Source of the DNA: Patescibacteria group bacterium
Lineage (GTDB): Bacteria > Patescibacteriota > Minisyncoccia > UBA6257 > GWB1-50-10
Length of the DNA stretch: 64,000 bases
Direction of reading: 5' to 3'
Assembly: GCA_024239035.1 (NCBI GenBank)
Contig: JANBVK010000001.1
Location: 506,202-570,201 of the forward strand
In this document: positions 9,946 through 20,571 of the stretch, piece by piece
Layout of the letters: each line of letters begins with the position of its first letter
How positions within the stretch are numbered: the stretch's first letter is position 1
The notes under the pieces: model-generated
What the model was told of the DNA's origin: nothing
Seen by the model: only the letters and a program-made list of their open reading frames with translations
The model's database searches: none
Made by a program: the position numbers and the translations under genes

Positions 9946-10374
9946 ATGCAAATCCGAAATAAACATACAAACGCGAAAGGGAGTGAGGGGCAGGCCCTTC
10001 AACGCAATTCAGGGCAGGTAATGCTTATTAGTGTCATCATGCTCGGCGGTATACTTTTAAGTGCCGCTGCAATTGCAGGGCTTCTCACAATTTATCAGAT
10101 CCGAGCCGCTAATGACGTAGTAAACTCCGCTAAGGCCATTTTTGCTGCAGATACTGGTATTGAGGTGGTAAGTTGGTGTTTCTTTAAAGGGTGCTCTCCG
10201 AATGAAGCGCAAAACCCCCCGGCTATTCCCTTTGATGACGCATCCGTTTCTTTCGAAGTTAATTCAAGCATTGACCCCGTCAACTTTGAATTGAACATTG
10301 TTTCAAGAGGTCTTGCAGCGAATGGAAAAGCAATTAGGATTTTGGAAGCCATTTTTGAGACACCAGCTCCTTGA
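9946..10374 (+). CDS. PilX-like minor pilin
   Basis: N-terminal GQALQ...VMLISVIMLGGILLSAAAIAGL hydrophobic segment. Last gene of the pilin operon. Confidence 0.4.
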   Translation: MQIRNKHTNAKGSEGQALQRNSGQVMLISVIMLGGILLSAAAIAGLLTIYQIRAANDVVNSAKAIFAADTGIEVVSWCFFKGCSPNEAQNPPAIPFDDASVSFEVNSSIDPVNFELNIVSRGLAANGKAIRILEAIFETPAP

Positions 10375-12438
<2,064 letters not shown>

Positions 12439-12447
12439 TTAAGTCCC

Positions 12448-12738
12448 ATGAGTGCAATTGACAAGAAAACAATTAAAGATTTAGCAGAACTTTCCCGAAT
12501 TAAACTTACAGAAAGTGAGGAGAAAAACTTGCTTAGTGACTTGGAGAAGATATTGGATTACTTTGAGGAATTAAAAGAGGTTAATACGGACAATGTTTCA
12601 CCAATGACAGGCGGCACTTTTTCTAGAAATATTTTTAGGAACGATGAGGACGATAACTCCCTGCCAAAAGAGCGTGCAATTGAAGCGTTTCCAGAGAAGA
12701 AAAAAGGTTTTTTGAGAGTTCCTCCGGTTTTTGAATAA
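12448..12738 (+). CDS. gatC: Asp/Glu-tRNA amidotransferase subunit C
   Basis: 96 aa GatC-like, immediately upstream of and overlapping gatA. Confidence 0.75.
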   Translation: MSAIDKKTIKDLAELSRIKLTESEEKNLLSDLEKILDYFEELKEVNTDNVSPMTGGTFSRNIFRNDEDDNSLPKERAIEAFPEKKKGFLRVPPVFE

Positions 12739-14203
12739 TATGACCCATTTGCGTGATCTTACTATCAAATCTTTCCACGAAGGTCTTTTGAATAAAGACT
12801 TTTCTGCGCTCGAAATTGTCCGGGCAACTTTCTCGCATATTGAGAATCGAGATAAAGAAATAGGCGCTTATCTGGACTTGCATAAAGATGAAGCGATGAC
12901 TCAAGCTTCACGTGTTGATGTCGCTGTTGCTGAAGGAGGAGATATTCATCCGCTTGCCGGCGTGCCAATTGCGATTAAGGACAACATTCTAATTGAAGGA
13001 ACTCGCACCACAGCAGCTTCTAAAATTCTGAAAGACTACAGTGCCAGCTATGATGCAACAGTTGTAAAGAAGCTAAAAGAGACTCAGGTAGTGTTCCTTG
13101 GGAAAACTAATTTAGATGAATTCGCGATGGGGTCTTCGACTGAAAACTCGGGATTTCAATTAACTCGCAACCCCCACGATACAGAGAGGGTGCCGGGTGG
13201 TTCTTCGGGGGGGTCGGCGGCAGCGGTGGCCGCTAATATGGCGGTTGCGGCATTAGGGTCTGACACAAGCGGTTCTGTCCGCCAACCGGCAGCTTTTTGT
13301 GGGGCGGTGGGTTTAAAACCTACCTACGGTGCGGTTTCCCGTTTTGGTTTGATTGCTATGGCTTCAAGTTTAGATCAAATCGGTCCTATTACTAAAACTG
13401 TAGAAGACGCTATCATCCTTTTTAAAGCCATAAGAGGTAAGGATAATTTTGATGCAACGAGCGTTAATCCTCCGGCTGGCGGAGAGTATAGAGATGAACT
13501 TTTAAACCCTCCCCTTGAGAATGTGAGAAAACTGCGGATCGGTGTCCCCAAAGAGTATTTCATTGATGGTCTTGATCCAATGGTAGAGGTGGCAATACGG
13601 GGAGTTATTAATAAATTAGAAACCTTAAAACTTGAGTTTAAAGAAATTAGTTTACCTCACACTAAGTATACTACCTCGTGCTACTACATCATTATGCCTG
13701 CGGAACTTAGCACTAATCTTGCCCGCTTTGATGGTATCCGTTATGGAACGAGGAACGAGGGACGAGAGATAAAAAACTTGATAGATTTATACAAAAGCAA
13801 TCGTGGAGAAGGATTTGGCGAAGAAGCGAGACGTCGAATTCTCTTGGGGGCGTTTGTGCTCTCTGCGGGTTATTATGAGGCCTATTATGCCAAGGCACAG
13901 AAAGTCAGACGACTTGTTGCACGAGATTTTGATGAAGCATTTAAAGACGTTGATGTTATTCTTACTCCATCAACGCCGACACCAGCTTTTAAGATAGGCG
14001 AGAAAGTAAATGATCCAATTGCGATGTATCTCTCTGATGTTTTCACAGGTTCGGTGAACCTTGCCGGGCTTCCGGCGATTTCTATCCCGGTAAAAAAATA
14101 TGAATTGAGCGACGGCGAGTTGCCGATCAGTTTTCAACTCATCGGCCGTCACTTCCGCGAAGCCGACATTTTGGGAATTGGTCAGTACTACGAGCGATTG
14201 TAA
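12731..14203 (+). CDS. gatA: Asp/Glu-tRNA amidotransferase subunit A (amidase family)
   Basis: Amidase signature GGSSGGSAAAVAA, Ser-cisSer-Lys triad region. 490 aa. Confidence 0.9.
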   Translation: MNNMTHLRDLTIKSFHEGLLNKDFSALEIVRATFSHIENRDKEIGAYLDLHKDEAMTQASRVDVAVAEGGDIHPLAGVPIAIKDNILIEGTRTTAASKILKDYSASYDATVVKKLKETQVVFLGKTNLDEFAMGSSTENSGFQLTRNPHDTERVPGGSSGGSAAAVAANMAVAALGSDTSGSVRQPAAFCGAVGLKPTYGAVSRFGLIAMASSLDQIGPITKTVEDAIILFKAIRGKDNFDATSVNPPAGGEYRDELLNPPLENVRKLRIGVPKEYFIDGLDPMVEVAIRGVINKLETLKLEFKEISLPHTKYTTSCYYIIMPAELSTNLARFDGIRYGTRNEGREIKNLIDLYKSNRGEGFGEEARRRILLGAFVLSAGYYEAYYAKAQKVRRLVARDFDEAFKDVDVILTPSTPTPAFKIGEKVNDPIAMYLSDVFTGSVNLAGLPAISIPVKKYELSDGELPISFQLIGRHFREADILGIGQYYERL

Positions 14204-14874
14204 ATCACCTCTTCTGCTTTTTTGAGATCATCAGGAGTTGCTATTGGGAACCAGAACTCTGCTTCAACTTGGAAGATTTTGTGATCGCGAGCCATACTAG
14301 CGATTGCTACTGATAAATATTGCTCTCCGTTTTGGTTTGGCGCTGGGGCATAGCTAAAGATGTGTTTACTGAGCACTTGGCCATTTGTAAGCGCGAGGTT
14401 TGACTCGGGTTTTTGGGGTTTTTCAACAATGTTTTTTATGCTGCCGTCGTCATTTAGCACGACTACGCCGAATTTGCGGGGATCATTTACTCTTTTAGCA
14501 ATCACTGCCAGATCGTGTGCGAGGCAATTTTCGATAGTTGCTTGGTCTAGGAGATCATCCGCGAGGAAGACAGCAAATGACTCGTTTGGATCTAGTAGAT
14601 CTTTACAGATCTCAAGTGCGTGATAGGTACCCTTTTTCTCTTTTTGCCAGACATAAGTAACGGGTCTTCCGCAGAAAGTGTCACCACAATGGCTTTTGAT
14701 CTGTTCTCCTAAATAACCAACGACAATAATAAGATCAGTGATCTTTTTTGGGAAGTTTGAAACCAAGCGCTCTAAGAGCGGCTTGCCGCCTAATTTAATA
14801 AGCGGTTTTGGGGTGGTATATGTAAGCGGCCGCATGCGAGTTCCTTCGCCAGCTGCCAGAATTATAGCTTTCAT
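14188..14874 (-). CDS. Sugar-phosphate nucleotidyltransferase (NTP_transferase fold)
   Basis: N-terminus MKAIILAAGEGTRMRPLTYTTPKPLIKLGGKPLL is the classic GxGxR nucleotidyltransferase motif. Confidence 0.7.
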   Translation of the reverse strand: MKAIILAAGEGTRMRPLTYTTPKPLIKLGGKPLLERLVSNFPKKITDLIIVVGYLGEQIKSHCGDTFCGRPVTYVWQKEKKGTYHALEICKDLLDPNESFAVFLADDLLDQATIENCLAHDLAVIAKRVNDPRKFGVVVLNDDGSIKNIVEKPQKPESNLALTNGQVLSKHIFSYAPAPNQNGEQYLSVAIASMARDHKIFQVEAEFWFPIATPDDLKKAEEVIYNRS

Positions 14875-14887
14875 AACTTATTTTTTG

Positions 14888-14962
14888 CGGACCCGACCGG
14901 ATTTGAACCGGCGATCTCCTCCGTGACAGGGAGGCGTGTTAACCGGGCTACACCACAGGTCC
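14888..14962 (-). tRNA. tRNA-Asp (GTC)
   Basis: Reverse complement folds as a cloverleaf. Acceptor GGACCTG/CGGGTCC, D-stem GTGT/ACAC, anticodon stem CCTCC/GGAGG, loop CTGTCAC, T-arm GCCGG-TTCAAAT-CCGGT. CCA is not encoded. Confidence 0.85.
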
Positions 14963-15006
14963 ATCAGGAATTTTGACCTGATTTCATGTTAAATTCCTAG
15001 TCATTG

Positions 15007-15080
15007 TACCAGGGGTGGGATTTGAACCCACAACCTCAGCTTTATGAGTGCTGTGCTCTAACCAATTGAGCTACCCTGGC
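15007..15080 (-). tRNA. tRNA-Met/Ile2 (CAT)
   Basis: Reverse complement GCCAGGGTAGCTCAATTGGTTAGAGCAC...CTCATAA...GTGGGTTCAAATCCCAC. Anticodon CAT. G1-U72 pair. Confidence 0.8.
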
Positions 15081-15248
15081 ACTTTTGTTGCAGCTGTTTT
15101 ACAGAACTGGAATCAGCTCATTGCTACTATAAAGGAATTTGCCCTGTTAAATCAAGGGTGGAAGAGTGGATTTTATTAGAACCTGTTTTACTTTAATCTA
15201 TTCTAATGCTTAAATAAAGATGGTTCATTTAGATAATAGGAGAGAATT

Positions 15249-15641
15249 ATGACCCTTCAAGATTTTGTCGATTCTCTCTTCGGAGGGGACGAACACGGGT
15301 TCGCTGGGAAAATCTGGCTAGAGGATATACAAGAAGAGTTGGGTTCCGAAGCGTGGCAAGAATGGACGTCCTCTTCTGTGAGTAGAGAGTCTGTCATACT
15401 TCTCGCCAGAGTAATGTCACGCCAGATCTCGAGACGTTTAATGGGGATTTGCACAGACGACCTTTATAAGAGAACGTACGATTGGGGACGTGCTGTTCTC
15501 CAAGAAATCTATGAGAAAGCGATTGCCCACGGCATTGAAGTTGGCCCAGAAGAAATTCATCCATCTCTTACGCCCACTGAGCTTTTTGTGGCAAAGGGGC
15601 TTATACGCCAAGACAAAAAAGGAGGGGTTCACCTCACCTAA
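15249..15641 (+). CDS. Hypothetical protein (130 aa) on a tRNA-flanked islet
   Basis: SD AGGAGAG 7 nt before the ATG. Clean rho-independent terminator downstream. No recognisable motif. Locally higher G+C. Confidence 0.5.
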   Translation: MTLQDFVDSLFGGDEHGFAGKIWLEDIQEELGSEAWQEWTSSSVSRESVILLARVMSRQISRRLMGICTDDLYKRTYDWGRAVLQEIYEKAIAHGIEVGPEEIHPSLTPTELFVAKGLIRQDKKGGVHLT

Positions 15642-15698
15642 AAAGGCCTTAGGATAGCCAAAGAGATAAAATCTCAACTGGGTGACGAACAATCGTAG

Positions 15699-15732
15699 GG
15701 GTGTGCTAAACGGCACATCCCTCATCTTTTTT
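15699..15732 (+). terminator. Rho-independent terminator (GGGTGTGC-taaacg-GCACATCCC then TCATCTTTTTT)
   Basis: Stem-loop plus T-run seen directly in the sequence. Confidence 0.7.
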
Positions 15733-15789
15733 CAAGGTCTAGTGGCGGATACAGCACAAATCTCATAAGAACATAAAACTTATCACAAG

Positions 15790-15814
15790 AGCTTCCACAA
15801 GGAAGCTTTTTTTG
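15790..15814 (+). terminator. Second plus-strand terminator (AGCTTCC-acaa-GGAAGCT-TTTTTTTG), about 60 nt after the first
   Basis: Perfect 7-bp stem plus a T7 run. May end a short transcript. Confidence 0.55.
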
Positions 15815-15982
15815 TTTACAAAAATCGCTGGCAGGATATGAACGTTGAACAAAAACAGCGGCTCCAGAGATTAATTTTTCCTAATGGAATCATTTTTAAT
15901 AAATCCACAGGAAGTTATGGAACCGCTGTCTTGTCGCCTATATTCGAGCTTTCTCGCTCTTACACAGGCAATGCGTCACACT

Positions 15983-16057
15983 TGGTTGCGGGAGCGGGAG
16001 TCGAACCCGCTACCTCAAGGTTATGAGCCTCGCGTGCAACCGGTACACTTCCCCGCA
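15983..16057 (-). tRNA. tRNA-Met (CAT) with encoded CCA
   Basis: Reverse complement ...CGAGG-CTCATAA-CCTTG...GCGGG-TTCGACT-CCCGC-TCCCGCA-A-CCA. Resembles an E. coli Met tRNA 3' half. Confidence 0.8.
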
Positions 16058-16131
16058 GGGTCATTCTACCCAATTGGATTTTAATTTGCAACAAAACTAG
16101 AATGAAATTAGAATAATGAAATCCACCGGGT

Positions 16132-17265
16132 ATGAGCAATATAATCATCGAATCACAAGAAGAAATTAGATTACGCAGTGAATTAGAAAAAAAGAATGAC
16201 GCGGAATCAAAGCGTCTGAAGCGTTTTTTGGGCATGCCCGATCTTTCGCGTACGGAAGAGAGTCCCCTAGCTGCCATCATCAGACGGGTTAAAAAAATCG
16301 AAACGTTTAAGAACTTTGACGACATTAAAATTCCGGAAGTCATCCCGACGAAAATATTATTCGACCTGTTCAATATGCCCCCGGGTCACCCCGCCCGCAG
16401 CAGATCGGACACTTATTACGTGGATGAAGATAACGCTTTGCGGACCCACGATACTGTTTTCTGGTATTATTATCTGAATCATCCGAAAATACGCGAAAGA
16501 ATATCAGCGGGTCAGGATTTCGGCGCTATCTGTTACGGTAAGGTCTACCGGAAGGATGAGATTGACCGCCATCACATGAACGTATTTCACCAGTTTGGCG
16601 GACTCTACCTTGCTCCTGACGATAAAAAAACCACGATCCTTGACGACCTAAAAAATGTTTTGGGAGAGGTCGCTAAAAGTGTTTTCGGGCCCGACATTAA
16701 ATATAATTTCACCCCCGAAATTTTCCCGTATACGGATCCAAGTATCGAAATGAATATTAAAATTAGGGGAGAATGGGTGGAAGTGGTGGGTTCCGGGTTG
16801 CCGCGCAAAGACGTGTTAGTTAATTTTGGAGTGACCGGCTATAACGGTTGGGCTTTCGGTTTCGGTTTGGAGCGACTGGCAATCGTTAGCATGGACCTTC
16901 CCGACATTCGCCTTCTTTGGTCAAATGACGAGCGGATCAAGCGCCAACTCCGACTCGGCAATTCTTATAAAGAGGTAAGTAAATACCCGCCGGTCACGCG
17001 AGACATTTCCTTCGTTGTGGACAAGGGTTTTGTGCCAAACGACTATTTCGATCTAATTCGGGACATCGGCGGAGAATTAGTGGAAGAGGTGAAGCTCATT
17101 GATACCTACGAGAACGAAGAAAAATTCGGTAAAAACAAAGTAAGTTATGCTTTTCGCATTACCTATCGTTCAACCGAGCGGACGCTCACGAATGAAGAGG
17201 TGGATAAGATACATAACGAAGTGGAAGAACGCACCAAACAGGATTTCGGCGGGGTGGTGCGTTAA
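16132..17265 (+). CDS. pheS: Phenylalanine--tRNA ligase, monomeric mitochondrial-type (class II catalytic core fused to a C-terminal FDX-ACB anticodon-binding domain)
   Basis: Motif PPGHPARS...DTYY and motif 3 GFGLERLAIV. The C-terminal 110 aa (KYPPVTRDISFVV...DYFDLIRDIGGELVEEVKLID...FRITYRSTERTLTNEEV) match the FDX-ACB domain of PheT and of human FARS2 almost motif-for-motif. Confidence 0.85.
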   Translation: MSNIIIESQEEIRLRSELEKKNDAESKRLKRFLGMPDLSRTEESPLAAIIRRVKKIETFKNFDDIKIPEVIPTKILFDLFNMPPGHPARSRSDTYYVDEDNALRTHDTVFWYYYLNHPKIRERISAGQDFGAICYGKVYRKDEIDRHHMNVFHQFGGLYLAPDDKKTTILDDLKNVLGEVAKSVFGPDIKYNFTPEIFPYTDPSIEMNIKIRGEWVEVVGSGLPRKDVLVNFGVTGYNGWAFGFGLERLAIVSMDLPDIRLLWSNDERIKRQLRLGNSYKEVSKYPPVTRDISFVVDKGFVPNDYFDLIRDIGGELVEEVKLIDTYENEEKFGKNKVSYAFRITYRSTERTLTNEEVDKIHNEVEERTKQDFGGVVR

Positions 17266-17276
17266 CTGAAGAGTTT

Positions 17277-19427
17277 TTATTCCCGGTGAATTTCTTTTCT
17301 GAATCGTTCCAAATTTTCGGCAAGTAGCGGGTAGTTTTTTAAAGAAGAATCCTTTTCCAAAATTTTGGTTGCTGCCTCCCGTGCGCTTTGTACTAGTCCA
17401 GGGTTTTGGAGAGCTTTCATTGCAAGATCCGGTATGCCAGTCTGACCGGTGCCCAAGAATTCTCCAGGTCCCCGGATTGCCAAGTCCTTCTCGGCGAGCT
17501 CAAGACCGTTTTTAGCCTCAACAATTGACTTTAATCTTTGATGAGTGGCTTTAGCCGAAGAGTCAGTAAAGAGGAAACAAAATGATTGATGTTTTCCCCG
17601 GCCGACTCTGCCCCGAAACTGATAAAGTTGAGCTAGTCCAAATCTGTCGGCGCCTTCAATCATCATAATGACGGCGTTGGGTATATCTACGCCCACCTCA
17701 ATAACTGAGGTGGATACAAGAATGTCTATTTTCTCTTCGCTGAAATCTCTCATAATATTCTCTTTCTCTTTCGCTTTCATCTTGCCGTGAAGCATTACTA
17801 CGCTCAGATCAGGAAATACTTTTTTGGATAACTTTTCATACTCTTCTTTAACCGATTTAAGTTCTAGTTTACTTAACTCCTGCTGGGAATTCGCAACTCC
17901 CGGTTCTTGATCTGGTTCGATTCTTGGACAAACAACAAAGGCCTGTCGTCCTTTTTTAATTTGGCCGTGAATAAAAGCATATGCTTTCTCTCGGTTTACT
18001 GGTGCTACTACTTTCGTGATGATTGGTCTCCGGTTTTTTGGCAATTCAGTGATAAGAGAGAGATCGAGGTCGCCAAAAAGAGTTAAGGAAAGCGTACGTG
18101 GAATCGGAGTGGCCGACATTGAAAGAAAATGAGGTAAGAATTTTTGCGAGTCTTGAGTCTTGCTGTATACAAGCAGTGATTGGCGTTGCTTTACGCCAAA
18201 TCTGTGCTGTTCGTCTACTACCACCAATACTAATTTTGGAAAAGTAACGTTTTTCTGTATTAAGGCATGAGTGCCAACCGCTATTTTCACTTTTCCGTCG
18301 GCAATTTCCTTAATCAGCGAAGGTTTTTTAAGAACTGTCTCCAAATTGTGACCGTAGGAAACCCTCGCTTCGCTGCTTGTAAGTAGAGCGATTCCCCCCT
18401 CAAAGTTTTGGAATAAGTTGGTTAGTGTTTGATAATGCTGTCTGGCTAAAATTTCGGTTGGAGCCATAAAAGCAGTTTGGTAACCGAGGCGGCCCGCTGT
18501 AATGGCGGCGATTGCAGCAACGATTGTTTTACCGGAGCCGACGTCACCTTGGAGCAAACGGTTCATTGGGTGCGGTTTTCCAATGTCTTGTAGAATTTCC
18601 CAGAGCGATTTTTTTTGAGTGGAGGTAAGTTCGAAAGTTAGGGCGCTGGTAAGTTTTCTTATCTCTTCAATGTCCGTGGTAACGGAAACAGCTTTCTCCT
18701 TAGATAGCTTTAGTCGTTCTAATAAGTTGTAGAGTTGGAGAAAAAATAGATCCTCAAAAGCGAAGCGTTTTTTTGCAATCAGTGCCTTATCTAAACTTGG
18801 GGGAAAATGAACGTCCCGGATGGCAATGTTTATCTCCGGAAGCGACTCTCGTTTCAGAATTTCTTGGGGTATGGTTTCAGGAGGTTTTATACCGGCGCCC
18901 AAAATTGGTTTTATAAGGTAACGCAAGCCTTTTGAAGTTAATCCTCTTGTTTCGGGATAAATAGGCACGATTCTGCCTGTGTGTTTTGTTTCCTGTTGAC
19001 CGATGTCTATAAGTTCGTAAACAGGATTAGAGAGATAAATTTCGTCCTCTCCAGTAGTGATTTTTCCGGAGAAGTTTGCAGTCCGGCCAGGCCTTAAAAT
19101 GTTTCTAATGTAAGGCTGATTAAACCAAACTGCCCTAATGGAACCGGAGTCGTCACTAACTAGGGCCTCTACTATAAATAAGCGCCGCCGCCAGGTGCGG
19201 CGGCCGCCGACGTCTTTGATTATTCCTTGAATAGTGGCGTTCTGGTTCGGCTGGAGGTCAGCAATTTTATATATTTGGGAGTAATCTTCGTAGCGCGTCG
19301 GAAAATGCCAAAGTAAATCTTTTACCGTTTCGATTTTTAATTTCTTAAGTTTGTCTAAGAAACGGGGACCGATGCCTTGAACTTCCGTGAGTAGGGTTGA
19401 GGGTTGTATCCTACCCATAGCGCGCAT
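17277..19427 (-). CDS. recG: ATP-dependent DNA helicase RecG
   Basis: 716 aa. Wedge/OB N-terminal region, Walker A GDVGSGKT, DEQH box. Confidence 0.9.
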   Translation of the reverse strand: MRAMGRIQPSTLLTEVQGIGPRFLDKLKKLKIETVKDLLWHFPTRYEDYSQIYKIADLQPNQNATIQGIIKDVGGRRTWRRRLFIVEALVSDDSGSIRAVWFNQPYIRNILRPGRTANFSGKITTGEDEIYLSNPVYELIDIGQQETKHTGRIVPIYPETRGLTSKGLRYLIKPILGAGIKPPETIPQEILKRESLPEINIAIRDVHFPPSLDKALIAKKRFAFEDLFFLQLYNLLERLKLSKEKAVSVTTDIEEIRKLTSALTFELTSTQKKSLWEILQDIGKPHPMNRLLQGDVGSGKTIVAAIAAITAGRLGYQTAFMAPTEILARQHYQTLTNLFQNFEGGIALLTSSEARVSYGHNLETVLKKPSLIKEIADGKVKIAVGTHALIQKNVTFPKLVLVVVDEQHRFGVKQRQSLLVYSKTQDSQKFLPHFLSMSATPIPRTLSLTLFGDLDLSLITELPKNRRPIITKVVAPVNREKAYAFIHGQIKKGRQAFVVCPRIEPDQEPGVANSQQELSKLELKSVKEEYEKLSKKVFPDLSVVMLHGKMKAKEKENIMRDFSEEKIDILVSTSVIEVGVDIPNAVIMMIEGADRFGLAQLYQFRGRVGRGKHQSFCFLFTDSSAKATHQRLKSIVEAKNGLELAEKDLAIRGPGEFLGTGQTGIPDLAMKALQNPGLVQSAREAATKILEKDSSLKNYPLLAENLERFRKEIHRE

Positions 19428-19486
19428 ATTTTACCATGTTTTATTCCAGTTAACAAATTAAAAAAGTTGCGGTGTTATTATCCAGT

Positions 19487-19687
19487 TTAATCTTTAGTCA
19501 AAAATCCCTGAGTCACACCCAATGCCCAACTTCTTATTTCTTGGTCTGATTTATTAGGAACCCTTTCTTTTAATTGCGTGAAGAGCGTATCACGCGCTTT
19601 AATTTTTTCTTTGTTTCGCGGGTCAAGGTATACTGTCGCCAGTGCAGTAACGTACTCTAGTGCTTGGATTGTAATATTTGAAATCAT
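19487..19687 (-). CDS. Hypothetical small protein (66 aa)
   Basis: ORF only. Co-directional with and 8 nt downstream of the 150-aa ORF. Confidence 0.3.
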   Translation of the reverse strand: MISNITIQALEYVTALATVYLDPRNKEKIKARDTLFTQLKERVPNKSDQEIRSWALGVTQGFLTKD

Positions 19688-19694
19688 AGGTGGA

Positions 19695-20147
19695 TCAAGC
19701 CGCGGCTGCTTCAGGAATTAACTCTCTCGACAGTGTGCCGAGGGCGATATGTATTGCCCATTCTTCAATGGATTCACGAGAGGAGAATTGTTCTCGCCAC
19801 CGGTTATCGAGACCTCTTTTTAAGAATGCTCTAGATATCATATTTACGTCATCTATCACAACGTTGTGGGTTCGGCGTCTTAGCTCATCGATGTTTTGGA
19901 CACTTTCGCGGTATCGTTCAGGGTCGTAGGAAAGCCTTTTGCTAAAAACCGCAAGCCTGAGGATTGTTTCAATATATCGTATACAATCCTCTTTGAGTGT
20001 TTCAAGTTGTTCTGTGAGCGTCTCGTCTTCTCTTGTCTCAGCAGTCGATTCTAATTGCTGTAGAAGCGGGTCGTATTCTACCGGCACGGGTTCTTTTCCC
20101 AGTACTTCTTCATGGAATTCTCCAAATAATTCTGGTCCTTTTTCCAT
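19695..20147 (-). CDS. Hypothetical acidic protein (150 aa) abutting tRNA-Lys
   Basis: The ORF start is 2 nt from the 3' end of tRNA-Lys(CTT). Acidic Glu/Leu-rich N-terminal half. Confidence 0.4.
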   Translation of the reverse strand: MEKGPELFGEFHEEVLGKEPVPVEYDPLLQQLESTAETREDETLTEQLETLKEDCIRYIETILRLAVFSKRLSYDPERYRESVQNIDELRRRTHNVVIDDVNMISRAFLKRGLDNRWREQFSSRESIEEWAIHIALGTLSRELIPEAAAA

Positions 20148-20148
20148 G

Positions 20149-20221
20149 TCCGCCCGGTAGGGCTCGAACCTACGACCGTTTGCTTAAGAGGCAACTGCTC
20201 TACCAACTGAGCTACGGGCGG
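20149..20221 (-). tRNA. tRNA-Lys (CTT)
   Basis: Reverse complement CCGCCCG-TA-GCTCAGTTGGTAGAGC...CTCTTAA...GTAGG-TTCGAGC-CCTAC-CGGGCGG-A. Anticodon CTT. Confidence 0.8.
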
Positions 20222-20274
20222 TTGTTGATAAGTCGCGCCTTACAGTATACGGGATTTGTTATAATTATCAAAGA

Positions 20275-20559
20275 ATGAACGGAGAATTAAAACCGACGGC
20301 GGGGTCAAAGACTCCACTTATCATTGTAATTGTTGTCGTTATTCTTGTCATTGCGGCAGTTATTTATTGGTATCTAGTCTTAAGGGGTCCCGCAACCCCA
20401 CCCGTAGTCGAGACACCAACGGCGGAGATTACCTCGCCGGATTTAGGAAGTGAACTTTTTGAGAGATCGTCCAACCCTGTAAGCGGTCAGCTGCCGGATA
20501 CCATTGCTCCGGTTCCAAACCCGCTTGAAGGTATTTATGAAAATCCGTTCGGGGGTTAA
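20275..20559 (+). CDS. Small membrane-anchored Pro/Thr-rich protein
   Basis: TM helix LIIVIVVVILVIAAVIYWYLVL. Lies immediately upstream of the Cys-rich protein. Confidence 0.4.
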   Translation: MNGELKPTAGSKTPLIIVIVVVILVIAAVIYWYLVLRGPATPPVVETPTAEITSPDLGSELFERSSNPVSGQLPDTIAPVPNPLEGIYENPFGG

Positions 20560-20571
20560 ACGTGGAAACCT

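Noticed and set aside
12635-14152. Several antisense ORFs inside gatC/gatA (12635-12904 -, 12765-12968 -, 13375-13563 -, 13713-13898 -, 13970-14152 -) and similar short antisense ORFs inside recG, nrdJ, the giant protein and others
   Set aside because: They are embedded opposite well-supported long genes, are short, and have no SD or recognisable motifs. They are typical shadow ORFs.
15838-16373. Three listed ORFs (15838-16026 +, 15884-16084 +, 15960-16373 -) around 16 kb
   Set aside because: They overlap the minus-strand tRNA-Met gene (15983-16057) and its flanks, and have no SD or coding features. They are ORF-finder artefacts.
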